Shown here in pieces: positions 1-8,941 of a stretch of DNA of 64,000 nucleotides. Origin of the DNA: a virus; the IMG/VR virus record IMGVR_UViG_3300025818_000017; one strand, written 5' to 3'. Below the pieces are notes generated by a model that worked only from the letters and a program-made list of their open reading frames with translations, had not been told where the DNA came from and searched no databases. The first letter of the stretch is position 1. Each line of letters begins with the position of its first letter. The position numbers were made by a program, and so were the translations under genes.

Positions 1-48
1 GTAAAAGCCGCACTTACTGGTGCCGCCCCCGCCGCATTCGCTGGTGCT

Positions 49-1545
49 ATGACTAATCCAAGTGATATGCTTTCTTCTCTCGCAAGCCACGCAACAACAT
101 ACTTACCCGGTGATATGAGTTCTGCTATCCAGATTGCTCAACAAGCATTGTCGTTTAGTGAAGCAAGTATTGATATGATGCCTAATCTTACACGAGCATT
201 AAATACAGGCTTTGGGGAGATTGCTGGAACACTTACTGACTTTACGGACGGTGGGTTTCTTGGAGAAGCATTTAATAACTTTAACGATGTGATTTCTAAC
301 GGTCTGGGTAGTCTTACTGATGGTATAGGTGGTTCTCTAACTGAACTTGGTTCATCTTTCGCTAGTTTGGGTAAGTTTGGTGATATGGCTGATATTGGTA
401 ATCTAATGAAACCTGGTCAAATAGCTTCGCAACTATTATCAAATGATTTAGGTGATATTGGTGGCTTTGCTAATAAGTTACTTGAGAACGGCATTCCTTT
501 AGATGATTTAACCAACGGTATATATCAAGATAAAATCCAAGGCATTATGAACGGTATGACTAATGTACAGGACTTGATTGATATCAAACAGGTTATGGGG
601 TCAAGCATCAATCTAAACTCATTAGGTGATGTAACAAACTTCCAAAATGTTCTTGGTTCTGCGGTTGGTAAATCCTTTAGTGACTTTGGTGAAATGGCTG
701 AAAAGTTCACTTCCATAGAAGTAGGAAAGTTGGCTAATGTGGGCGAGCTTGGTGAAATGATGAGCGAAATGGTTGATTCGACTGACCTGAACTATGTTAT
801 GGCTGAAACAGGTTTCTTATCACAAGCTAACTTTGATGTTCTTTCTGGTATCTACGGTAATGGTTCTGGTCCAGATGGTTCTGTTCTTATGCGTGATATG
901 TTGGGAACAAGTGCTGGTTACGGACACGAAGTTTTCCTTGATAGTTATAAGCAAGGAATGGATATACTGGACAGTGATGGTACAACAGGCACACTTGCTA
1001 CAATGTATGATGAACTAACCGCTGGTCTAAATGGTGATTACTTGGATGTTCCTGGAGATTTTGGTGGTAGTGTTGATATTACAGACCCACGTTCAGGTAG
1101 TGTATTCACAGAAATGGAAGCATTTGTTACAGCAAAAACAGCACAAATCAGTAGCGAACTAAATGGTATTGTCAATAGTGTATCTACGAATACACAAGAA
1201 CTACTAACAGTTGTTGGTAATAACTGGAATACAAGCGCGGCACAGTTGGATAAAGAAGTATCAAACTTGAGTTTGTCTGATGTTGATGTAAGTCTTGTTA
1301 CTGCTGGGCACAAAGGAAGCATTCTTTCATTTGCCCAGCAACTAAACCAATACGGAGCAGATGTTAAAAATAAAGGTGAGTTTTTTGCGAAGACAGCACA
1401 AAATAACCTTACTGGTGATTTCCTAAAACTAGCATTGCGCGAAGGACAAAATAGAGCATTACTAAACGCTAATGATGTGAAATATACTGCCGCCTTGGTA
1501 GACGAAGAAGAAGATATTGAGCCATTTGACACTAGTGTTGGATAA
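49..1545 (+). CDS. hypothetical, probably virion structural protein (5' end probably outside window)
   Basis: 498-aa G/S/D-rich ORF; the frame is open back to base 1. Confidence 0.5.
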   Translation: MTNPSDMLSSLASHATTYLPGDMSSAIQIAQQALSFSEASIDMMPNLTRALNTGFGEIAGTLTDFTDGGFLGEAFNNFNDVISNGLGSLTDGIGGSLTELGSSFASLGKFGDMADIGNLMKPGQIASQLLSNDLGDIGGFANKLLENGIPLDDLTNGIYQDKIQGIMNGMTNVQDLIDIKQVMGSSINLNSLGDVTNFQNVLGSAVGKSFSDFGEMAEKFTSIEVGKLANVGELGEMMSEMVDSTDLNYVMAETGFLSQANFDVLSGIYGNGSGPDGSVLMRDMLGTSAGYGHEVFLDSYKQGMDILDSDGTTGTLATMYDELTAGLNGDYLDVPGDFGGSVDITDPRSGSVFTEMEAFVTAKTAQISSELNGIVNSVSTNTQELLTVVGNNWNTSAAQLDKEVSNLSLSDVDVSLVTAGHKGSILSFAQQLNQYGADVKNKGEFFAKTAQNNLTGDFLKLALREGQNRALLNANDVKYTAALVDEEEDIEPFDTSVG

Positions 1546-1632
1546 TATATAGACATATTCTTTTTCATGAACCAATAAATAATAGTAGATATTATTCAAT
1601 AATATCACTAACAAATAAGCGCAGAGGCGATA

Positions 1633-1890
1633 GTGATGAGTGAAAGAAGAGGCCACAGTAGAAGGCAACCCGATAGTTCACAAGAGAACCATACGGATTT
1701 GTATTCACTGCTTGCAAGGATTGATGAGAGAACTCTAGACCTTGGCAAGAGGCTTGACCATTTAGATAAAAGATTAGAAGAATACATTACAAGGCACGAG
1801 TTTACGCCTGTAAAACTCATAGCATATGGGTTTTCGGGTATCGTGTTCACATCCGTTGTCGCTGCCCTAGTAGCAACGGTGTTGACATAA
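1633..1890 (+). CDS. small coiled-coil protein with C-terminal TM helix (holin/XhlA-like)
   Basis: LARIDERTLDLGKRLDHLDKRL coiled coil followed by hydrophobic LIAYGFSGIVFTSVVAALVATVL. Confidence 0.4.
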   Translation: MMSERRGHSRRQPDSSQENHTDLYSLLARIDERTLDLGKRLDHLDKRLEEYITRHEFTPVKLIAYGFSGIVFTSVVAALVATVLT

Positions 1891-2096
1891 TGTGTAGAAA
1901 AGTATCAGACGTAAATCTAAAATCCCCATCCCATATGTATGCTATAACATTAGTAGTCGGAACGTGGCTTGCCTGTTCTAGTATTGCTGGCGCATTTGCG
2001 GTAGATTATAATGGTATGCGAACATCTGTGACGCATATGATTTCCGAAAAAATATCAAAAAAACCTATTGACATGGACTACCACGACGATATATAA
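1890..2096 (+). CDS. small membrane protein
   Basis: ATG overlaps the upstream stop; one hydrophobic segment. Confidence 0.4.
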   Translation: MCRKVSDVNLKSPSHMYAITLVVGTWLACSSIAGAFAVDYNGMRTSVTHMISEKISKKPIDMDYHDDI

Positions 2097-2102
2097 TAAA
2101 TA

Positions 2103-2372
2103 CATTAGAACGTTGAAGCAAACTCAACGCTATACTGGACGGGGATGCAATTTCCCCCCGGTCCACAAAGCACATTTTGCGGAGTGTTCTTTGTGGGCCG
2201 GATATTTAGGATCGACAGGTAGTTAATAGGTAAGTGGAGTTCTCGGTAGGCGATGACCGTAAATCAAGCAAACACAATAAACGCAGCATCTAACGATAAT
2301 GCTATTGAGGATATCCGCCTAGCGGCATAATCTTCTTGGGTTCGGTGGGTTCCTAGAAACAGAATACCCACC
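2103..2372 (+). ncRNA. ssrA: circularly permuted (two-piece) tmRNA
   Basis: T-arm GGGGA-TGCAATT-TCCCC (2141-2157) and acceptor 3' strand CCGGTCC-A (2158-2165) lie upstream of acceptor 5' strand GGGCCGG (2195-2201); 7-bp stem with G3:U70 pair (G2197:T2162); GGATCGAC D-loop region; tag ORF; late promoter TAAATA at 2097-2102. Confidence 0.93.
2283..2330 (+). other. tmRNA tag reading frame AASNDNAIEDIRLAA*
   Basis: ATAAAC-GCA resume context, NDN motif, LAA-stop ending. Confidence 0.9.
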
Positions 2373-2381
2373 ATTTTATTA

Positions 2382-2410
2382 TTGACAAACTAAAGTAACT
2401 ATAGTATAAT
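2382..2410 (+). promoter_or_regulatory. sigma70-type early promoter (representative; similar sites near 2955, 6889, 7451, 13672, 18512, 19358, 54014, 54107 and others)
   Basis: TTGACA-17 nt-TATAAT. Confidence 0.8.
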
Positions 2411-2628
2411 GGTCTATGAAATACAGTAAAAACTCAAGTATAAAGGGAGTTGATACTATGTCGTAGATAAATACTTACAAGTCGTAAGACGGAATATATG
2501 ATATATTATGGGGCTGATCCCTACAGTCTATAGTTTAGGCAAAGTGTCCTAATCAAAGAGGTGTTTATTATAGTATATATGAAAGAATACATATACTAAA
2601 AATGTAGAGTTTCTAGTATATTTTAGTC

Positions 2629-2659
2629 AAAAGGGAGACTAAAAATAGTCTCCCTTTTT
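2629..2659 (+). terminator. intrinsic terminator
   Basis: AAAAGGGAGACTA-AAAA-TAGTCTCCCTTTTT. Confidence 0.85.
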
Positions 2660-2723
2660 ACTTGACTGATACCATATTATATGGTATAATCATCCATCAA
2701 CATTTATTACAGAGGAGTCCAAA

Positions 2724-2945
2724 ATGGCTAAAGGAAAAAAACCATCAGGTAAGACTTACGTATCAAAGGGTGAACGCCGCAATGTAGCAAAGTCAATTAC
2801 GAAGGCGATGAAGCGTGAGCGTACTGGTGGTGAAAAGATGATGTATGCTTTGGAAGCATATAAGAAGGGTTTCAAGGTCAAAAAGTTTGGTTTTGATAGC
2901 CTTCCAGAATATCGTTTCAACCGCTATGGCGGAACAAAAAAGTAA
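2724..2945 (+). CDS. small basic hypothetical protein
   Basis: GAGGAG RBS; K/R-rich, 73 aa. Confidence 0.7.
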   Translation: MAKGKKPSGKTYVSKGERRNVAKSITKAMKRERTGGEKMMYALEAYKKGFKVKKFGFDSLPEYRFNRYGGTKK

Positions 2946-2988
2946 AATAATATATTGACATATCACAGGAATGTGGTATAGTAAATAT

Positions 2989-3696
2989 ATGATGTACTCA
3001 CCAAAGAAAATAGTCTTGCTTCTTACAGCAAGCTTTGTAGTTGGAGCAGTATCCGCCAAAATGTTTTCGGAAAAGGCTACTGCTTCTATTCCCGATGACG
3101 CTCCTGTTATTGAAGCAGTTCCTATTGAGCGTGTATTGGAAGTAGGACCGTTAAAGGCTACTGCTTCTATTCCAGATAACGCTCCTGTTATTGAAGCAGT
3201 TCCCGTTCAACGTGTGTTTGAAATAGGACCGTTACCAGAACCGTTTCCTTGGGAAGAAACAAAGGGAACAATCCTTGATTGCGAACAGGAACGCCAGAGT
3301 GAGCGTATTGCTTTGGCTTGTAATATCTATCACGAAGCCCGTGGTGAAACTCTTAAAGGTCAAGTTGCCGTTGCTTTGGTGACTCGTAATCGTGTGAAAT
3401 CTGAAAAATACCCCGATAGCTATAGTGAAGTGGTTTGGGAAATCCGCCGTTCAGCCAAAACCAAACGCCGTGTAGCACAGTTCTCTTGGGCGTTGGATGG
3501 TAAGCATGATAGGATTTACGATATTCAATCATGGAGAACTGCTTGGGAAATCGCGGGTGATGTTATTGCTGGTAAGTATAAAGACTTTACCAATGGTTCT
3601 TTATGGTATCACGCCAAGAAGGTGAAACCAGTATGGCGTAAAAAGTTTGAGGTTGCTGCGGTTATTGGAGAACATATCTTTTATCGCAAAAAGTAA
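2989..3696 (+). CDS. sleB: cell wall hydrolase, SleB/CwlJ family
   Basis: NIYHEARGE, VAVALVTRNRV, QFSW, WYHA, IGEHIFY motifs; N-terminal TM. Confidence 0.9.
   Translation: MMYSPKKIVLLLTASFVVGAVSAKMFSEKATASIPDDAPVIEAVPIERVLEVGPLKATASIPDNAPVIEAVPVQRVFEIGPLPEPFPWEETKGTILDCEQERQSERIALACNIYHEARGETLKGQVAVALVTRNRVKSEKYPDSYSEVVWEIRRSAKTKRRVAQFSWALDGKHDRIYDIQSWRTAWEIAGDVIAGKYKDFTNGSLWYHAKKVKPVWRKKFEVAAVIGEHIFYRKK
3073..3234 (+). repeat. 81-bp (27-aa) tandem duplication in the SleB linker
   Basis: KATASIPDDAPVIEAVPIERVLEVGPL / KATASIPDNAPVIEAVPVQRVFEIGPL. Confidence 0.95.
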
Positions 3697-3702
3697 TAAA
3701 TA
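3697..3702 (+). promoter_or_regulatory. late promoter TAAATA (representative; also 2097, 7478, 10183, 13704, 28956, 58331, 59561, 62025 and minus-strand copies)
   Basis: recurrent ATAAATA just upstream of structural/late genes, resembling the T4 late promoter TATAAATA. Confidence 0.75.
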
Positions 3703-3707
3703 ACTTT

Positions 3708-4415
3708 ATGTTATTGAATGAACTTTTTAATAAAACGCAGACTTTCGTAGTTGAAGGCGGGAAAGTGTTCAAGGATGCAGATAAAAATCCGCTGACACAA
3801 CGTATTAATCGTGATGACGTAGAACCAACTGTTCGCTGGTTAGAAGATTTAACTGGTCTAAGTTTAGTTGACAATATGCTAGGCACCACTGGCAAAAAAG
3901 ACACAAGTGGCGATTTAGATTTAGCAGTTGATGAAAATGAAATAGATAAAGATACACTAGTAAAAATTCTTTTACAAAAAGGTGTTGATAAAACAGACAT
4001 CAAGAAGAGTGGCGACAATGTGCATTATAAGACGCCAATAAATGGTGAACCAGTCAATGGATATGTACAAACCGATTTTATGTTTGGTAATCCACAGTGG
4101 CAAAAGTTTAGTATGCAAGGCAGTGGTGAAGAAAGTAAGTTCAAAGGTGTTCATAGACACATTCTTCTATCAAGCATTGCGAAAACTATGGGATATAAGT
4201 GGAGTTACAAGAACGGTCTTGTTGACAGAGAAACCAATGCTGTTCTTGATGGCGGCAAAAACCCCGTAATAATTAGCAAGACTTTAGGTATTCCTATTCA
4301 GAATCTAAATGATGTTGATGGTATTATCACGGCTATAAAAGACCGACCAAATTATCAAGAGTTAGTAGCAGACGCCAGAGAAACTTTTGCAAGAGACAAT
4401 CTGGAACTGCCATGA
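3708..4415 (+). CDS. Pol-beta-superfamily nucleotidyltransferase-like protein
   Basis: LGTTGKKDTSGDLDLAVD (G[ST]...DxD) and later QTDF. Confidence 0.7.
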   Translation: MLLNELFNKTQTFVVEGGKVFKDADKNPLTQRINRDDVEPTVRWLEDLTGLSLVDNMLGTTGKKDTSGDLDLAVDENEIDKDTLVKILLQKGVDKTDIKKSGDNVHYKTPINGEPVNGYVQTDFMFGNPQWQKFSMQGSGEESKFKGVHRHILLSSIAKTMGYKWSYKNGLVDRETNAVLDGGKNPVIISKTLGIPIQNLNDVDGIITAIKDRPNYQELVADARETFARDNLELP

Positions 4416-5557
4416 GATTTTTTGAATTCGCCAATCCACTCGTAGAGGATGAACTACTTATGGAAGCTGCCCGTATCCAACACGCAGAAGATGTTGTTTT
4501 TTGGGAAGGAAGTAAGGGTGCAATAAGAGCATTGCATAGTTTGAGAAATATGGACAAAGGCTCCCATAAAGATACTACTATAAAGTGGGATGGTAGTCCT
4601 GCTGTTATTTTCGGGCGTGATGAAGAAGGTAACTTTATCTTCACTGATAAATCAGGTTTTACCGCAAAAGGTTATGATGGTAAGGCAAAGAGTGCAGAAC
4701 ATCTAGAAAAAATGCTAACGAGCCGCCCCGGTTTCGCCAAAAATCCAAAAGGGTATGGTCCATTTATTGCTGCAATGAAATCTGCCTACAATAGTTTTGA
4801 AAGAGCAGTTCCGTTGGATTACCGTGGATTCTTCAAAGGAGACATGCTTTATTTCACTACACCGAAAGTAAAGAATGGCGAATACGTTTTCACTCCAAAC
4901 ATCGTAACGTATAGCGTTGACGTAGACAGTGAGCTAGGAAACAAAATAGGTAAAAGTGTAGCTGGTGTAGTTATTCATAGACAAGTTGGGCCAGATGGAA
5001 CAGAAAGTCCATTGGATGGATATGACATATTCCAAGGCGAAGAAGTTTTGGTTGTCCCACCGGTTACCGTTGAAAAGGAACCATTTGTTCCACATGATAG
5101 CTTGAATATATTAGAGAAGATTATTAAGAAAGATGCGGCGGCGATTGATACAATGCTTGACACTGATACGTTACGTGCTTTGAAGATAACTGATTTCCCC
5201 CAAGTCTTGTATGCCTATACCAATAGTAAAGTCGATACAGGTCTTACCGAAATGGGCAAGGATTTTGGTGCGTGGCTAAAGAACTCGAAACTAAGTGAAC
5301 GAAAGAAACAAAATATCGCCCAATACATTTCCGAAAATAGTGCTGGATGGAAAGCATTATGGGAAGTTGTCGGTGGCATTATGAAAGCAAAAGACGAAAT
5401 AATCTATGATATCGATTCACAAGGTAGTACTGTCAAACAAAGCATTGCTGGACAAGGCGGCGGCGAAGGTTATGTCTTAGCCCATCCAGAAGGCGATATA
5501 AAACTAGTCCCGCGAGAATACTTCTCAAAAGCAAACCGTGCAGCAAGGATGACATAA
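4412..5557 (+). CDS. ligase-fold protein with KxDG motif (DUF6267-like)
   Basis: TTIKWDGSPAVIFG, FKGDMLY, GGEGYV, IKLVPR resemble ligase motifs I, III, IV and V. Confidence 0.65.
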   Translation: MRFFEFANPLVEDELLMEAARIQHAEDVVFWEGSKGAIRALHSLRNMDKGSHKDTTIKWDGSPAVIFGRDEEGNFIFTDKSGFTAKGYDGKAKSAEHLEKMLTSRPGFAKNPKGYGPFIAAMKSAYNSFERAVPLDYRGFFKGDMLYFTTPKVKNGEYVFTPNIVTYSVDVDSELGNKIGKSVAGVVIHRQVGPDGTESPLDGYDIFQGEEVLVVPPVTVEKEPFVPHDSLNILEKIIKKDAAAIDTMLDTDTLRALKITDFPQVLYAYTNSKVDTGLTEMGKDFGAWLKNSKLSERKKQNIAQYISENSAGWKALWEVVGGIMKAKDEIIYDIDSQGSTVKQSIAGQGGGEGYVLAHPEGDIKLVPREYFSKANRAARMT

Positions 5558-5558
5558 A

Positions 5559-6197
5559 ATGAGCGACATTTCATACTTACGCAAACTAATGGATGCGGTT
5601 GAAAACCCGTCAAAGATTATTGCTATCTATCCTGGTCGCTTTCATCCTTTCCACAAGGGACACGCAAGCGTATATGATTTCCTCGTTCAAAACTATGGCG
5701 ATGCTTATATCGCAACATCAGCAAAGGTAGACCCACCAAAATCCCCATTCACATTTGACGAAAAGAAAATGATGATGGAGTTTTCTGGTGTCCCAGCCGA
5801 TAAAATCGTTCAGTGCCGCCAACCATATGTTCCAGTAGAAATCTTACAAAACTTTGATGAAACTGTTGATAAGGTTGTATTTGCTGTATCACAGAAGGAT
5901 ATGGACGAAGACCCACGTTTCCAGTTCAAGCCAAAGCGTGATGGTTCAGCACCATATTTCCAGCCTTGGACTGACGATGAAAGTATGCAACCGTTCAGTA
6001 AGCACGGTTATATTCGTGTAGCACCTACACTGGACTTTGATGTATTGGGTGAGCCAATGCGTTCCGCTACACAGTTGAGGGCACAGTTCGCCCAAGCAGA
6101 TGGCGACACACAAAAAGCAATCATTGAAGACCTTTATGGTTCTTATGACGAAACCATCCATAAGATTATGTATATCAAACTAAAAGGAATGAGATAA
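5559..6197 (+). CDS. HIGH-motif cytidylyl/adenylyltransferase-like protein
   Basis: IAIYPGRFHPFHKGH; RSATQLR. Confidence 0.8.
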   Translation: MSDISYLRKLMDAVENPSKIIAIYPGRFHPFHKGHASVYDFLVQNYGDAYIATSAKVDPPKSPFTFDEKKMMMEFSGVPADKIVQCRQPYVPVEILQNFDETVDKVVFAVSQKDMDEDPRFQFKPKRDGSAPYFQPWTDDESMQPFSKHGYIRVAPTLDFDVLGEPMRSATQLRAQFAQADGDTQKAIIEDLYGSYDETIHKIMYIKLKGMR

Positions 6198-6892
6198 TGA
6201 GACTTCACGAAATCACCGAAGGCATCCTTGATCCAGATCAAGAGTTTATGCAGCGTTTCACATACGCTGTTGAGGACGCCGCACGTGAATACGCAGAGTT
6301 TCTAAAAGACAATAACGACCAAGACGATCCAGAAGAACTTGCTTCTATCCTTGAAACATTCTTTGAGGAAGAAGACCTACCCATTACCGTTCATGTTGGT
6401 GAGTCTGGACGAAATGCTGTTGATTGGTATATCCAAGCCGCACAAGTCACAGGTAGTGGCGAAATGGACCTGATACTTGACCCTGATAGTATTGATGGGC
6501 ATTGGGGTCCAGAAACATTCATTGATGTGATGACGAAAACATTTGAGCATGAAACAATCCATCTACAACAGCGTGATCGTATGGGTGCAGACAAATATAA
6601 CAAACTACCATCTGGCTATATGAAAGGTCTAAAGAAGGCAGAAAAAACAGGTAAAGAGCGTGACCTTATGAGAACCTATTTCCGTGACCCACAAGAGTTG
6701 ATGGCACACGGACACGACATTTACCGTGAAGTTATCAAACTTTCTGATCCAGAAGCGGTATTACGAAACCCCGAAAAACACCGTGAAGACCTACCAACAT
6801 ACGACAAACACCGCCAAATCTTCCCACCAAACGCCAAACCTTTACAGCGTATGATGAAATACGCCTATCAATATTTCCAAAAAAACGCTTGA
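6197..6892 (+). CDS. hypothetical protein with HExxH (zincin-like) motif
   Basis: FEHETIHLQQ. Confidence 0.5.
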   Translation: MRLHEITEGILDPDQEFMQRFTYAVEDAAREYAEFLKDNNDQDDPEELASILETFFEEEDLPITVHVGESGRNAVDWYIQAAQVTGSGEMDLILDPDSIDGHWGPETFIDVMTKTFEHETIHLQQRDRMGADKYNKLPSGYMKGLKKAEKTGKERDLMRTYFRDPQELMAHGHDIYREVIKLSDPEAVLRNPEKHREDLPTYDKHRQIFPPNAKPLQRMMKYAYQYFQKNA

Positions 6893-6925
6893 CATAATCA
6901 TAATCTGTGCTATACTGTATACAGA

Positions 6926-7225
6926 TTGATGGAGATATCTATGTGGAATGAACCCCCCAACAGCTTTACTTTCTGTGACGAGAATGCTTCCCCCGAAGAT
7001 GTGGAACTGTTTCTTGGTCCTGATCCCGAAGAAAAAACCACCTTCATTCGTTTTGGTGAAGACTTCACGATGGCTGATGTAGCCGTCGCCACGGGCAAGT
7101 TCCCGTCCAAATCACAGGCTCGTAAGAATGGTTGGGATGGTGATATCCCCACTGGTTTCACTGAAAAAACTCTTGGTAAGAACGCCAAGAAGGTTCACAT
7201 CTGGATTTTCAAGAAGTTCGACTAA
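6926..7225 (+). CDS. small protein with S4-like RNA-binding motif (TyrRS C-terminal-like)
   Basis: MADVAVATGKFPSKSQARK. Confidence 0.5.
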   Translation: MMEISMWNEPPNSFTFCDENASPEDVELFLGPDPEEKTTFIRFGEDFTMADVAVATGKFPSKSQARKNGWDGDIPTGFTEKTLGKNAKKVHIWIFKKFD

Positions 7226-7464
7226 TGCCACTTGACCTTCACGGATATCACACCCACGATGGCTGGAAACGCTTTATGGATGAAGTGGATGATGCCTATG
7301 ATCGTGGTGTAAAATCATTCAAAGTGATCACTGGCAAAGGTCAGATGCGTGTAGAGTTTCGCATTTGGGCAGAGAACCATTCTAAAGTGCGTAAAGTTGA
7401 ACTGAACAAAGATGGCGGAAGTTTCAAAGTAACATTACGCAAAAAACCACTTGACAAATCCTAA
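7225..7464 (+). CDS. stand-alone Smr domain endonuclease
   Basis: LDLHG and VITGKG motifs. Confidence 0.9.
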   Translation: MPLDLHGYHTHDGWKRFMDEVDDAYDRGVKSFKVITGKGQMRVEFRIWAENHSKVRKVELNKDGGSFKVTLRKKPLDKS

Positions 7465-7501
7465 ATCTGTGCTATGATAAATACATAGTCAGGAGAAAAC
7501 A

Positions 7502-7702
7502 ATGATTGAAGTCAAAGTAAAGAATGTTGTCAACGAAGCCACTGGTGAAGTGGAAGAAGTTATCGTCAATGAAGAAGAAGTTGCCGCTTACCTTGCTGAA
7601 TCCGAAAAGGGCATTGAGGAAGCGGAAGTTATTGCTCCTGAGAACTTCTTAGAACATACCCGTAGCCGCATCGCAGAGCGCCGTAAGCAACTTGGAAAAT
7701 AA
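7502..7702 (+). CDS. small acidic hypothetical protein
   Basis: AGGAG RBS, early and late promoters upstream. Confidence 0.65.
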   Translation: MIEVKVKNVVNEATGEVEEVIVNEEEVAAYLAESEKGIEEAEVIAPENFLEHTRSRIAERRKQLGK

Positions 7703-8239
7703 ATGCGTTTATGGGAGTTCATAACAGAAACGAGCAGAGGCATTACTGGCATCAAAGAGACTGATGGTTACATCGATTCTTTGATTGATATCATAGACAA
7801 ACATCCCGCCGCTGAAAAAATCATTGAAGATGCAATGAAGAAGTTCATTGCGGTAAAGACTCGTGATTCACAGGAACCTTACAACAATAAGGATTACGGT
7901 CACCAAGGCGTACTGAAAGGTTATAAACACGTTCATCTTCTAAAAAGTAATAAAATAAGCAATGGTACGAACCCTGTGGTTTTGTATTATCGCATTGAGG
8001 CTGGTATTCTTATTTTGGTTCATATACAGTTTCATATCAACGCCGCCAATAGAAGTAGTGAAGATAAGCGTTTAGTCAAAAAACTACGCAGAGCAGAACA
8101 GAACGATACATCTATGGTAATGCCAGTAGATGACCCAACTGAAAAGAAGAAAACACAAGGCGACTATAATCAACAAAAGAAAGACGATTATAAAGACCAG
8201 CAATGGTACAAAGATCAACAAGAGTTCTATAACCACTAA
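7703..8239 (+). CDS. RelE/YafQ-like mRNA interferase domain protein
   Basis: DYGHQGVLKGYKHVHL...VLYYRI...LILVHI..H pattern. Confidence 0.55.
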   Translation: MRLWEFITETSRGITGIKETDGYIDSLIDIIDKHPAAEKIIEDAMKKFIAVKTRDSQEPYNNKDYGHQGVLKGYKHVHLLKSNKISNGTNPVVLYYRIEAGILILVHIQFHINAANRSSEDKRLVKKLRRAEQNDTSMVMPVDDPTEKKKTQGDYNQQKKDDYKDQQWYKDQQEFYNH

Positions 8240-8253
8240 CAAAAGAGGGGCAT

Positions 8254-8535
8254 ATGCCCGATCAACTTACTAAAGAACAGTTCTGGCATATCCTGTCTTC
8301 GCCGATTATTGCTCGTCAATGCGGCACTTGCAAATACGAAGATAGAGAAGGGGATGAATGTTTTCATCCTACTGCTGCACGGAAGCCATTTGAGTTTATA
8401 TCGGGGCAGATGGTTGACGATATCAAATGCTCTGGTTATTACCATGATGGACTCAGTTTTGACCGTGAAGTGTACGAAGCGGATTGGGGTAACCATATCG
8501 TAGACCTTTGGGAGTGGAACGGTGAAACTTACTAA
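8254..8535 (+). CDS. small Cys-containing hypothetical protein
   Basis: CxxC motif; paralog at 33442. Confidence 0.6.
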   Translation: MPDQLTKEQFWHILSSPIIARQCGTCKYEDREGDECFHPTAARKPFEFISGQMVDDIKCSGYYHDGLSFDREVYEADWGNHIVDLWEWNGETY

Positions 8536-8941
8536 TAAAGAGAAGCGTTTATTTGACTTTCTCAAACGACAGGCTATTGATGTTGAGCCTGTGAGGTCTT
8601 CCCGTATCGTTGCTGCTGTTGTACTCAATGGGCAGATTATTAGCGTTGGGAATAACTCAATGAAGTCCCATCCGTTTGCCGCCAAGTATGGTAAGAATGA
8701 ACACGCCGTGTTTCTTCATGCTGAAACGGACGCTATCAAAAAAGCGTTGAACCATCTTGGTCCCAAAGATTTTAGTAAAGCAACGCTATATGTCCAGCGA
8801 GTAAAGCGACCAGACCCATCTAGGAAGAGAGGTTGGGTGAATGGTTTGTCCAAGCCGTGCCGTGGATGTATGAAAGCGGTTGTTGAGTTTGATTTTAAAA
8901 AGGTTGTTTATTCAACCGACGAAGGATATGAAGTCTTATAG
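8522..8941 (+). CDS. cytidine/dCMP deaminase family protein
   Basis: HAE and PCxxC zinc motifs. Confidence 0.9.
   Translation: MKLTNKEKRLFDFLKRQAIDVEPVRSSRIVAAVVLNGQIISVGNNSMKSHPFAAKYGKNEHAVFLHAETDAIKKALNHLGPKDFSKATLYVQRVKRPDPSRKRGWVNGLSKPCRGCMKAVVEFDFKKVVYSTDEGYEVL

Noticed and set aside
5559-6197. NAD reconstitution pathway (NARP) call from the HIGH-motif protein
   Set aside because: There is no Nampt, Adps or Namat partner in the window, and the motif alone does not specify NMNAT.
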